From contig OX597828.1 in NCBI GenBank assembly GCA_951406725.2, positions 1,426,001-1,490,000 on the forward strand: a stretch of 64,000 nucleotides of DNA, in the 5' to 3' direction. How positions within the stretch are numbered: the stretch's first letter is position 1; every line of letters starts with the position of its first letter. The translations under genes and the position numbers were made by a program. Shown one piece after another: positions 15,535 to 26,789 of the stretch. Source of the DNA: Octopus vulgaris. Taxonomy: Eukaryota. Below the pieces are notes generated by a model. The model searched no databases. It saw nothing but the letters and a program-made list of their open reading frames with translations, and was not told the origin of the DNA.

Positions 15535-15759
15535 ATAAGCATATTAAAAGGGTTGGGAACCACTGGTCTATGCCTTATCACTCGTGAACGTCGGCTCGAA
15601 CTCGGAAGCAAATTTCCCTTCAGGCTCTGTGAGATGACATTGCGCGTGCCAACTCTGAGGCACTGTACAGTCCGGTGTATTGCATAAGCTCGTGAACGTA
15701 CGTCATGCAGACCTGACCATCAGACTTGAACTTACCCACGGGGTTTATAAAAGAAAAAA

Positions 15760-16020
15760 TCTCAGTGATAGGATGATCTATTCGGCGAAAACAGTGGCAT
15801 TCGAATTATTGCCATCTTTGATTGTGTGATCGACAGACGGTAAAGATCCGTATAGCCACTTATTTGATACATTGTCGGTATAAGTGATGTTAAAAGCCTT
15901 GTGTAGAAGCCGAGAATATATGCCGTTTAGTGATCGCTGCTGGACGGCCATAAGAGACCAGTATTCAGGGTCGTAGAGCAGAACATATTCAACCGTAGCA
16001 CGAAACAATGGGTGAACTAC
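15760..16020 (-). mobile_element. RTE-clade LINE RT C-terminal remnant
   Basis: LFRATVEYVLLYDPEYWSL..LNGIYSRLLHKAFNITYTDNVSNKWLYG. Confidence 0.75.
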
Positions 16021-17319
16021 TTTGGAGACTTGTGTGCAGAATATAGAAAAAACGTGCCCAAAAGGACAGTTTTAGTCAACCGCCTATTTGTTTCTGATGG
16101 GTCGGGAGAGAAACATATATGTTGCCAGAGGTAGTTGGTATATCAGCTGAATTAAAGTACATAAGTTGTGTGGTGTAGGATGTGTTGTGTGATATGTGAA
16201 TGTATGTTGGGTGGTGGAAATGAAGTAGTAATTGGTTAACTAGATACATGCAAAAAGTTATAGTTTGATACAGTAGACAGTTATGGTTCGTTTTGATTTG
16301 AAGATGAGAAAGAAATGAAAAAAGCTTATAATATCTGGGTGTTGACCTGAAATAAATGAAAGGAAGGAGGCAAGTTGATAAATAGAGTTGAGAGTTGCAA
16401 CGATATGTTACCCATTAAATTTCTTGCGTGAGATTTCTTAGCATCATGTATAAGTCGCTTCCTTAAATTTTGTCAGTATGCCCTAGTAAATACAGCACAT
16501 ATTTAAATATGAGAAAGCTTTTAACTGTGAAAATAAGTTATAAACACATTTCTTTTATGCTTTCGATGTGCGAAAAAAGAAAAATAGACGTGAAGGAATC
16601 GCCTGATCGATGTAGTCACTCTCCTTCCCCAGTCGATAACTTTAGTCGGTAATTAAGTGATTACCGTGGTGGATGGCTAAACTTGCATATTTATACTCTA
16701 GGCGGTTCTTCTAATAAGCAATTATATTCTATGCATAGTACTGCGTAAATCTGGAGTATTGAAATGAATTTAGATGTGATAATAAACTATATAAATATGT
16801 AAACACATTCCTTCTACACCTTCAATGTGCGAGACTGCTGATTTACCGATTCATGATTTGCTAGTTGTTTCTCAGTGGTGACGTACACACTCTCCTTCTA
16901 ACGACAGATTAGAATGGTATCCAACTTCTGTATATAGTAGCCAGCAACTAAACTATTAATCGCCATACTTGCTTTAGACGGCTCGTTATGAAGTAAATTT
17001 ATGTATATTCTATGCATAACACAGCATAATTTAATAGGACCATACGCGATTTTTTCAAATGTCATTTTTATAACGGTAAATTCTGAAAATTTATTTCGGG
17101 GATGTAAGTGTAAATATTCCAAGAGATGCTGGCTTATGGCTGAGACCCAAATTGCAGGTAACCTTTCAACTTTCCCTGAAACGAAATGCCAAAAGGCAGC
17201 TGCGTTGAATGCTGTGGGTGGTAGTCGCAAACAATTGTCATGAAAACCGAAATGCACGAGGAGGTTATGGGTATAAAAATAATTTGAACCGCGTTCCTGG
17301 AATTCGTAATTTGGACATT

Positions 17320-18787
17320 CGCCTCCCTCACTTTTTTCGAGTTTGGTATTATTAATAAGGTTAGTTGCACGTGTTGTTGAGTCGTTAAACGTTGTTTTTG
17401 TTTGTTGAGATATTTCTGTTTATTGTTTGTCGCGGCCCGTTGTTCGATAAGTCAGTCGGCTTGCAACTCGGCACCTGGAGAGGCAAGTCGATACCTCCTA
17501 ACAACATCGTCGTGAGTTGGACGGAGGGCCTGGTTAAATTGCTAGGAGTCTGGTTAGGTCCGGACCTCCAGATAGAGAAGAATTGGAGCGAGGTGGCGAG
17601 CAGAGTGACCAACCTAACTCAGATCTGATCTGAGCGGTGGCTATCCCTGAAAGGGAGGGCGGAGGTCGCAAATATGTTTATCGCATTATCTACCGCCTGA
17701 CCGTCGTGCCTTGTCCCGATTCGTGGCTAAACAAAATGGAACGATTGCACTTCCGCTTTCTGTGGAAGGGCAGGAGTTCACTTGTAAGGCACTCTATCTG
17801 CTGCCAACAACTGTTAGGGATGCCGTGGCTAATGATGCGCAGATATGCGCTGAAGCTGAGGCATCTCTAGTTTTGGTGAATTGAAACCGTGGGTTAAGCG
17901 TAGACCAAAGTTGGGTGCGTGACTGGCCGAATGTCGGCAGGGACTCGTGCTTCTCTGCCGGACGGGTAATGCCGGTGGCGAGGGTTACACCTCGTCATTC
18001 TATAGAGGGCTTGTAGAGGCAAAGTGTGACGATGATCTGAGGGAAACCCTAGGCTTCAGCGAAGGTCAGCTTGCTGGTTTGTTCCGAAGGACATTCGGGC
18101 TAGGGACGTTGGACAACTTCCAATGTTACCGAGGAGTATTACCAGTTCGAGATAAACTCGCTAGGCATGGCTATTCATGCCAGTCCACTTGCCCAAGATG
18201 CGAGCAGTGGAGTGAAACTGTTCTGCACGCTATTGTGCAGTGTCCGAAAATTTCGGAAATGTGGGTCGAACGGCTGCTGTCACATTTGGGAAGAGTACAG
18301 TTGTCTTCCGAGTCCATTATAAAGATTGTTCCACCATCCTCCTTGAATAAGGAAGGCAAGGTTTGTTTTCGCGCAGTGGTAGTGATGGCGAAAGAGGTTG
18401 TTTGGAGGACACGTATGATGGGAGTGGCGACGGGTGCCTTAATCTCCGGCCCTGGTTTGCTCCGCTTGTTTATTTTCCATCTTAAAAGGAAACTAAGGCT
18501 GGAGAGGAAACGCTTGTCAGCCGATATATATGGCAAAAAAATGGAAGGAAGTGACGTGGATGTTGGGAGTGAATGAAGCCGCGTGAGTGTAAAAAATAAA
18601 GGAAACAAAAAGGTTCAGTGGTGGATCGGGGCTTGTGGGGTCGAACACGTCCCGCTCTCCATTGTGTTGTTTTTGTATTGTTCGTTCATTTGTTTATATA
18701 ATTCGTAATTTATCAACTGCTCATTTTTAATGTTTTATCATTCGATTCCCGACCCCTTTCATTTTGTATCGTCCTCTCTGTATTTAG
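17320..18787 (+). mobile_element. Tx1/L1-clade LINE: ORF2 C-terminus and 3' UTR, possibly joined to a 5' UTR by an internal deletion
   Basis: VKLLGVWLGPDLQIEKNW; WLSLKGRAEVAN; FRFLWKG; zf-RVT-like YRGVLPVRDKL..CPRC..ETVLHAIVQCP; T-rich 3' UTR. Confidence 0.85.
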
Positions 18788-18789
18788 TA

Positions 18790-19685
18790 TTCATGGCAGA
18801 AACAAAATCAATTCGTAATTTGGACGCATCACGTATGACTCGATTCTCAGAAGCGCAGAGAGAACAAGCTGTCGGCCGATTGCAAGCATGGCAGCGTGCT
18901 CTGGTTGTTGCGAAAGCGTACAATGTCCATGTCAACACCATCTATCGTCAGCAGCAGCGATACAACAACACCAACAGCACTGCAGACCGTGCCCGCAGTG
19001 GTCGCTCCCGAGTAACCACGCCCAGGGAGGACCGCTCCATCCACCTGCAACAGCCCCGTGATCGCTTCAGACCGGCCAGCGTGACAGCACGCGAGGCCAT
19101 TGGCACTGGACAGCGACCCATCAGCGACGACACGGTACGACGTCGACTGGCCGCCAACAACATGCGTTGCCGTCGTTCTACTCGGCGGCATGTTCTCACC
19201 CCTCGCCACCATGAGGAACGATCACAGTGCGCTACACAACACCGACATTGGTGATATCAACAGTGGAGATTGATAGTCTTCTCTGCTTTCAGCCCGGATT
19301 TGAACCAAATTGAACACATGTGGGATGAAATTTAGAGAAGCTGAACCAGGTGGTTCCAAAGCCGACAACTCGTGTGGAACTAGAGGCAGCTTTCCTCAGG
19401 GTTTGGGCACAGGTGCCAATGGCTTTTATGAACCGCCTCATGCACTCCTTGTACCAACAGTGTATGGCTGTTTTGAACACCGAGGGAGGGCATAAACGGT
19501 ATTGAACATTTCACGCCTACAATTTCGATGTGCTGGATCCGCCCACTACCAGAACACATGACAACGACACAAAGTGCATCCAAGAAATTGACTTTTTCAG
19601 ATTTATCAAAATTTATCTTTGACATAATGAAATTAAAACATATTTCACTGTCACACACGTCTCGCATTTCTTTTGCGGTTCAGTG
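18790..19685 (+). mobile_element. Internally deleted Tc1-like transposon (HTH retained, most of DDE domain lost, right TIR only)
   Basis: MTRFSEAQREQAVGRL..DRARSGRSRVTTPREDR..ISDDTVRRRL; SPDLNQIEHMWDE; ends ttttgcggttcagtg followed by TA. Confidence 0.85.
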
Positions 19686-20039
19686 TATAACCATAAGTAT
19701 CGATATTTGTCTGTCTTGAAACAACGTTACAGTTCTTCAAATAATTTTACCAAATTTTTGGGGAAGATAGCCCAGAATAATTCATGTACAAAAGAAAAAA
19801 AATCTCAGGTTCAGTATCTCCTTGGAGTAACACAACGTTGAGTAAAAAAAAGGGACGTAGAGGAACTGAAAGTTGTAGAGGAATAGAGGTTGAGGAAGAG
19901 TATTAGCATGATGTATAGATGAGCTGTCTTTGACATTACAAACTATTTTTCTCTCTCTTTAGCTTTTCTTTAATCTCTCTATCTCTCTCTTATAAACTTT
20001 CTCATCTTATATATGTGTATGTATGCATGCATGGAAATG

Positions 20040-20285
<246 letters not shown>

Positions 20286-20316
20286 CTTATTTAAAATAGT
20301 TCAATTCAGTTCGATG

Positions 20317-20365
20317 CGACATAAAGTTTCGTAGGCCTCTAATAGAAACCCGCCTCTTTCAGGCT
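20317..20365 (-). ncRNA. Degenerate minimal hammerhead-like motif (PLE pLTR)
   Basis: Minus strand gc-CTGAAAGA-ggc..gcc-tac-GAAAC-tttat-GTC-gc; core has one extra nucleotide. Confidence 0.4.
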
Positions 20366-20769
20366 TTAAATTACCGAATTAAAAAATACAGAAAGCTCAA
20401 GATGGGCTTCAATCTCTCTCCTTGCTGTCCTTCTCCAACCTTTGTGTTGAAATCTCCAATCTTGTGTTGAAAGTGGATTTGTTCGCCAGCGGTTTCTCTA
20501 GTTTTTGTAGGAATTTTTCACTCCGTTGTCTTCGCTTATATTTGTGAGTCCATAGGTTTGGATGATCTTCAGGGTGCATTTCTCGAGATACGAATGTTTA
20601 GCACTCCGATGCCTGATGAAGGCAATTAGTAAGAAACAATTTCCGAAGCCCATTCTTTGCTAGAGATGAACATTATAGAACCAAATGCAGGCTGATCAAC
20701 CCCTCTAAAAGTGAGATAAGTATCATTAGCAGGCGTATTCTCGATACTCTCAACTCCGACATCAGAAGA

Positions 20770-23120
20770 GCTACAGGCTTGACTCAATGGAACTCCAGCG
20801 CAGCTGTGATCAACTGGTTCCACGTTACCGAGAATAAATCGGCCAGCATATTAACCCAGTTCGACATTGTTGGCTTCTATCCTTCCATATCTAAGCCCCT
20901 CCTTCTGAAGGCCCTAAATTTTGCAGAGCAATTCACCAGCATAAACGACATTGATATCAGCAAATTTTTAGATATATTACTGAAACCTATTTTAAAATAC
21001 ATACCAAGCCTTGTAAGGGACGATCTGGACCTGTTAAACCACCTTCCAAAATTCATAAACAATAAATTGTATCTTTTGATGTGGTAGACCTCTATATCAC
21101 AGTCCCACACCGATATGGACTAGAGGCAATAAATTTCTGGCTTGAGAAATTCCCTCATGAAATTCCAGACAGAAATGAAAAAGATTCATCAGTGAAGGAT
21201 TCAAGTTTATATCCTAAAACAACTTTTTTGATTTCGATGGCAATATTTACAAACAAATATCTGGGACTGTGATGGTGACTAAAGCTGCTTCGACTTACGT
21301 CAATCCAGTCATGGCTTACATGGAGGTCCAGATATACGAATAGTCAAAATTAAAAAAATTCCACAAATATCTACTAGAAAACTAGAAACGTTACCTAGAT
21401 GACTGCCTAATCCTATGGACGCACACATTTGAACAATTTATAGATTTCAAAAATCTAATCAACAGCATAACCCTAGCCCTAACCCCAACCCTAACCTTAA
21501 CTTCACCATGGAATACAGTTAAAACTCAATTACCATTCCTGGATATACTAACCATAAGAGATAAAAACATTGAAGCAGACATTCACTTCAAACAAACAGA
21601 TTCTAAACAATACTTATTGTTCTCCTCATGCCATCCCAAACACACGAAGAATACTATTCCCTTTAATCTAGCAAGAAGAATCTGCACAATTGTCTCAAAC
21701 CCTGAAACTCGCAATAAAGTACTCCTTGAACTAAAACAAATACTACTCTTAAAAGACAATATCCATTAATTTTGATAGACAACTGAATAGAGCGTGCCAA
21801 AGCAATAAATATCAAAGAACTACGAAAAACGAAAAAATCACTACAGAAAATCAAATAATCTACCCTTTATTACAAGACGCAATCCAAGAAATACAGAGAT
21901 TTACAATATTATCCACCAGAACATTCCACTACTAAGACAAGACCCAAGAATGAAACAAGCATTCGAAAGTCTTTCAAAATTTCCCACAAGTGCTAAATTG
22001 CCTTCCACAGCTCCTACACCAACAGTCAAAAAAGTGTGGCCACCCCAATTTTGGGGCCTGCATTAGTCTTATTGACGACACAACATACAAATTCAAATCA
22101 GGATTGATTTTTACCGTAAAAATCACTTTAATGTTCTTCAAGGAATTTAATATATGCTATCAAATGTCAAGAATGTAATTAAGAAATAGACTGACCATTC
22201 ACCGACAACAAATACGAGACCCCAGTACTAGACAGATTCCACTGAGTGGACATAGACATATGTACAAAAATAAACCCCCAAATTCCAGGTCTTCCCACTC
22301 TATCTATATACAGTGAATACCACAGATGAAGCACGGATAGACAAAAGAGAATACTTTCATACAAAAGTACAAATCCAGACTTAACAAACTTTAATATAGT
22401 ACATACTCAAATAACTATTCACCACAAAACTCATTCTGTCATGAGGAACCTGCACAGCTAACAACCTAAACTTTAGCCACTGGACTACATACAAACAACT
22501 CCTGTATACTCTCCCACCAGACAGATTAAGTTTGGAGTGCCTTGATTGTAATTAAATATGTTCACTCAACTGTGAGGCCTTCATTTTAGGCACAAAATAT
22601 ACTGCCACGAGACACTAATGCAAGGACGTAGCGGGAAACGAATAGAAAGTTCTAAATTTAATCACATGTTCATTCTTTACAAACACTCGTCAGAAAACAT
22701 TCAGAGTATTGATTGTTTAGTACTATCACTAGACTTGTTCAGTCAACCATGTCAGCCGTAGCTTATGACGCTAAACATTGTCACTTGATACTAACACACG
22801 GACGTAGCGGGAAACCTACAAAAATTTCCAAGACCAGTCATGTGGCTATCTTCTACCAATCAATCCCTATTCAAATCATAAACTAATTTGACCAATGAAC
22901 CCCTATAAAAATAGGACAAGCTTCAAACACTACTCAGATGCAAAACGGCTGCGACATAAGCCACGTCTTTCTATTTCCAATTTTTGAAGATTTGTGTAAG
23001 CTCTGAAACTGGTTAAATCTTTAGATATAGTGATAAAAGATATTTTTACTTTTCTCAGTGCATTTTCAACTTCTATTTTTCCTATATTTCTACCTGTGTG
23101 GAATAAAATAATTTTATTTA
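20770..23120 (+). mobile_element. Decayed Penelope-like element (RT, GIY-YIG remnant, 3' region); 5' part comes from a different PLE family
   Basis: LTQFDIVGFYPSIS; SKFLDILLKP..VRDDLDLLNHLP; YKQISGTVM; KRYLDD; LPFLDI; CHPKHTK..IPFNLARRI; CGHPNFGAC; degenerate hammerhead-like motif at 22981-23017. Confidence 0.85.
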
Positions 23121-23147
23121 TCGCTCTCTCTCTCTCCTTCCCCCCCT

Positions 23148-23525
23148 CTGTGGTAAGTAGCTTGCTAACCAACCACATGGTTCCGGGTTCAGTCCCACTT
23201 CGTGGCACCTTGGGCAAGTGTCTTCTGCTATAGCCCCGGGCCGACCAATGCCTTGTGAGTGGATTTGGTAGACGGAAACTGAAAGAAGCCCGTCGTATAT
23301 ATGTATGTGTGTGTGTTTGTGTGTCTGTGTTTGTCCCTCTAGCATTGCTTGACAACCGATGCTGGTGTGTTTACGTCCCCGTCACTTAGCGGTTCGGCAA
23401 AAAGAGACCGATAGAATACGTACTAGGCTTACAAAGAATAAGTCCCGGGGTCGATTTGCCCGACTAAAGGCGGTGCTCCGGCATGGCCGCAGTCAAATGA
23501 CTGAAACAAGTAAAAGAGTAAAGAG
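23148..23525 (+). mobile_element. tRNA-derived SINE (abundant octopus-type family with internal (GT)n)
   Basis: gtggtaagtagcttgct..ccgggttcagtccca..ccttgggcaagtgtctt..acggaaactgaaagaagcccgtcg..ggcggtgctcc.gcatggccgcagtc..gaaacaagtaaaagag; several further copies in window. Confidence 0.85.
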
Positions 23526-23562
23526 TATATACATATATATATATATATACATATATATATAC

Positions 23563-23680
<118 letters not shown>

Positions 23681-23693
23681 ATATATATGTATA

Positions 23694-23751
<58 letters not shown>

Positions 23752-23820
23752 GGAATAAACACATAAATGTGAAACAAGGTCGAAAAAGGAGTACTCAAAT
23801 ACCAATGGTAGAGTAATATG

Positions 23821-23976
23821 CTTTATTTAAAGCAGCAGAAAATTCAACAAAACGTGTTACTCTGAGTTTCCCGTTGCCGTTCATCGGACAGTTTTTCTAG
23901 CAAAAACTGTCCGATGAACGGCAACGGGAAACTCAGAGTAACAGGTTTTGTTGAATTTTCTGCTGCTTTAAATAAA

Positions 23977-23977
<1 letters not shown>
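23821..23977. repeat. Palindrome with 76-bp arms (one mismatch) and a 5-nt loop inside (TA)n; inverted PLE terminal repeats
   Basis: 23821-23896 is the reverse complement of 23902-23977. Confidence 0.95.
23907..23944 (+). ncRNA. Minimal type I hammerhead-like motif with CCGA core (near-identical copy on the minus strand in the left arm)
   Basis: ctgt-CCGATGA-acg gcaa cgg-GAAA-ctcaga-GTA-acag; stem I ctgt/acag; near-palindromic stem III actc-a-gagt. Confidence 0.6.
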
Positions 23978-24045
<68 letters not shown>

Positions 24046-24674
24046 TGTTGTGCTTTAGCCCACATTTTGACAAACTAGTATAAGAATAAGTCAGAGTAGG
24101 TTAGGTTGATCCGTTTGGTGTTAACTGTGAACCACTGCACTTCATCGCATGCAGGAAAATTGAGAATAGGGAGGGGATTCTAGAAGGTTGCAGTTCGTAC
24201 AAGGAATTGGTATGCAATTTATAGTCCAGAAAAGCAGAGGCTGTTGTATTAGTGGTAGAAGATGAAATAAAAATAGAACATTTGTGAGCCAGTAGTTGTA
24301 GTGTGTTGGTGAAACTATCAGCCGAATGGTTGTGTTTTGGATGTGATTTACATGCCTATTTCTGTGGATATATGTATGGATACACACATACATACACAGA
24401 TACACCGGCGCATGTGCACATCCACACATACACGGTCGTCTGTGCATATACGTATATGTTTAAGAATTACGAATACGCCACACACACACACACACACACA
24501 CTTACATACACACAACACACATACACATGTTCAAACAGGCACGTCTAACTACTTGAGCAAATGGCTTTTATTCAATCATCATTTAAGAACATACGCAAGC
24601 TTTTAGACACATATTACCTGAAATATTACACATACACACACAAACACACACACATGTATATGTGTATGCATATG

Positions 24675-24716
<42 letters not shown>

Positions 24717-25042
24717 CATTGCTTATACACACGCTGGTTTTAAATGCGTAGAAGTAATAGTTAAAATATATACAGACTTAAATTATATACAGACAGGTGG
24801 AACCATGTTCAGTTTAAATTAAGTTGCTATACACAGTAAAAGATTTCCTAGAAGATTTAACTAAGGAGAAATGTATATAAGTTTACATGATTCAGTGCTT
24901 GCAAGAAGAAATACGCGCACATGCATACAGACACAATCTCCCTCTCTCTTTCCCTCTCTCTCTCCCTCTTTCTCTCTCACATGTATACATAATTACACAT
25001 ACACACACACTTAGTTATTATGATATAGACATAGAGACGCAT

Positions 25043-25162
25043 TAAAGACATTATTATACATTGAAAGTGACCTAAGCATCGTCTTCGGGAAGGTTATTTG
25101 TCCCGGGAAATATTGCAACACACATACATACACGCACATACATGCACAGACATACGCACACG
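25043..25162. repeat. ~120-bp direct repeat, second copy at 26667-26786
   Basis: taaagacattattatacattgaaagtgacctaagcatcgtcttc.ggaaggttatttgtcccg.ga.atattgcaacacacatac shared. Confidence 0.9.
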
Positions 25163-26789
25163 CAGATACAAACACAAACGCGCGCGCACCTCTCCCACTC
25201 TCTCTCATACACACACATACACACACAGAAAATGCTATATACTCAGACACGCATACCAAACAAAATCTAGGTTAGGTTGAATCTCGGGAGACTGTGTTCG
25301 AAACAGTTTGTTTTTTCAAGATATTTTCATATAATGTCACTCACAGTTCGACTTGCAACTTTATATTAAAAGAAGGTATATATGTATTAAATAGAAATTA
25401 CGCACACAGTCATATACATATTGCTATGTTTATCTGGCATATAAAGATAAGGACCAGAGAATATTTAAACGAAGAGGCGAATATAGGTGTGATGTTGAAA
25501 ATTTACTGTTGCCCAAAAAACAAGCATATTCGATCTGAAACTCATTGATATATTCCTTGTAGCAGTGAAGAATGCAATCATGTTTTGATAAGCTATGCGA
25601 AACTGAAACCACTACCCGTTTTCTTTTCTTGGTTGAATGTAGCTTCTCTTTGGTTATGGCGCTCAAGCTCATAGAAATACATCTTCAACCATAATTTCGA
25701 GGCAGGAAATCCAGAGCAGTGACATTGCATTTTGTGTACATTCACTATGAGTGACAATCTCATAACAGGTTGATTTAGGAAACGTTTATAATAACACACA
25801 CAGTGTTCAGTATTTTTAACACATAAATAAATTTAAAACAATCATTCTTGCCACCCCTTCCTAATTACCAGTTTTGAGATCATTTATCAAATGAAAGTCT
25901 CCACCATGACCTTCTTAAAATATGAAGGGTAGGGGATATATCCAAGTTACTAGTTTAGTAGTTGTAACTTTTTTTAAACTATTACTTCTGGGATTATTAG
26001 TAATTTTTAATTATATTTTTCTCTTTATCCATATAAGCTGCGACTCAGGCTTTCACAATAATAGGTTAAGAAATGACTAACTTCGATTTCTTCGTTTTAA
26101 CTTTGCCACTTTGCCCCATCATTTCCCTTTTCTGTCTCCCTCTTTCTCACATAAGAATATATTTTCAAATTATATTTCCTACTTGTGTGTGTTGTTTTTC
26201 TTTTAAAATTATGTTTATACGACTTTTTCTGAAAGACAACTTGCTATGCAAGACTGCGAATTCATCAACAAAGGAGTTAGTTTTCAAAAGCTACTTGAAG
26301 TTTCATTGGTGCAATAAATTTAAAATTTCATTTATTGTATTTGTGTAGTTATCATTTTTACAGAAATTCGCATGCACAGACATACAAACGTACCATTTTT
26401 TAACAGTTTCAATCAGCGGGCTACTGTATTGATGCATCAACGTCAAACGTTTTAGTTCGTTATATCGACCCCAGTACTAACTTCAGTCGGGTACTTATTT
26501 TATCACCCCTGTTTGTCGAAGTGATTGATAGCTGGATATAGAAGGATATAACACAAACAATACCATAACACATGTATGCGCGGCGCGTACCTTTACACAC
26601 ACACACACACACACGCACATATTGGTGAAAACGGTAAGATAACAAAAGAAAGAAACCTCAATATAATAAAGACATTATTATACATTGAAAGTGACCTAAG
26701 CATCGTCTTCCGGAAGGTTATTTGTCCCGAGAGATATTGCAACACACATACATACAAGCACATACATGCACAGACATACGCACACGTAT

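Larger units (their letters stand above)
9503..15565. mobile_element. hAT (Charlie-type) non-autonomous element whose internal microsatellite has accumulated ~5.8 kb of nested insertions
   Basis: TIRs cagtggttcctaacc (9503) and ggttgggaaccactg (15551-15565), 14/15 complementary; 8-bp TSD gtctatac / gtctatgc. Confidence 0.8.

Noticed and set aside
16898-17257. 119-aa minus-strand ORF as a host exon
   Set aside because: No recognisable domain and no convincing splice boundaries.
20610-20650. ctgatgaaggc hammerhead candidate
   Set aside because: Could not pair stem II or find a correctly placed GAAA and NUH.
21468-21500. Interstitial telomere-like (TAACCC)n inside a PLE RT; also 2211-2225
   Set aside because: Only two to four degenerate units; at 21468 explained by slippage of Asn-Pro codons.
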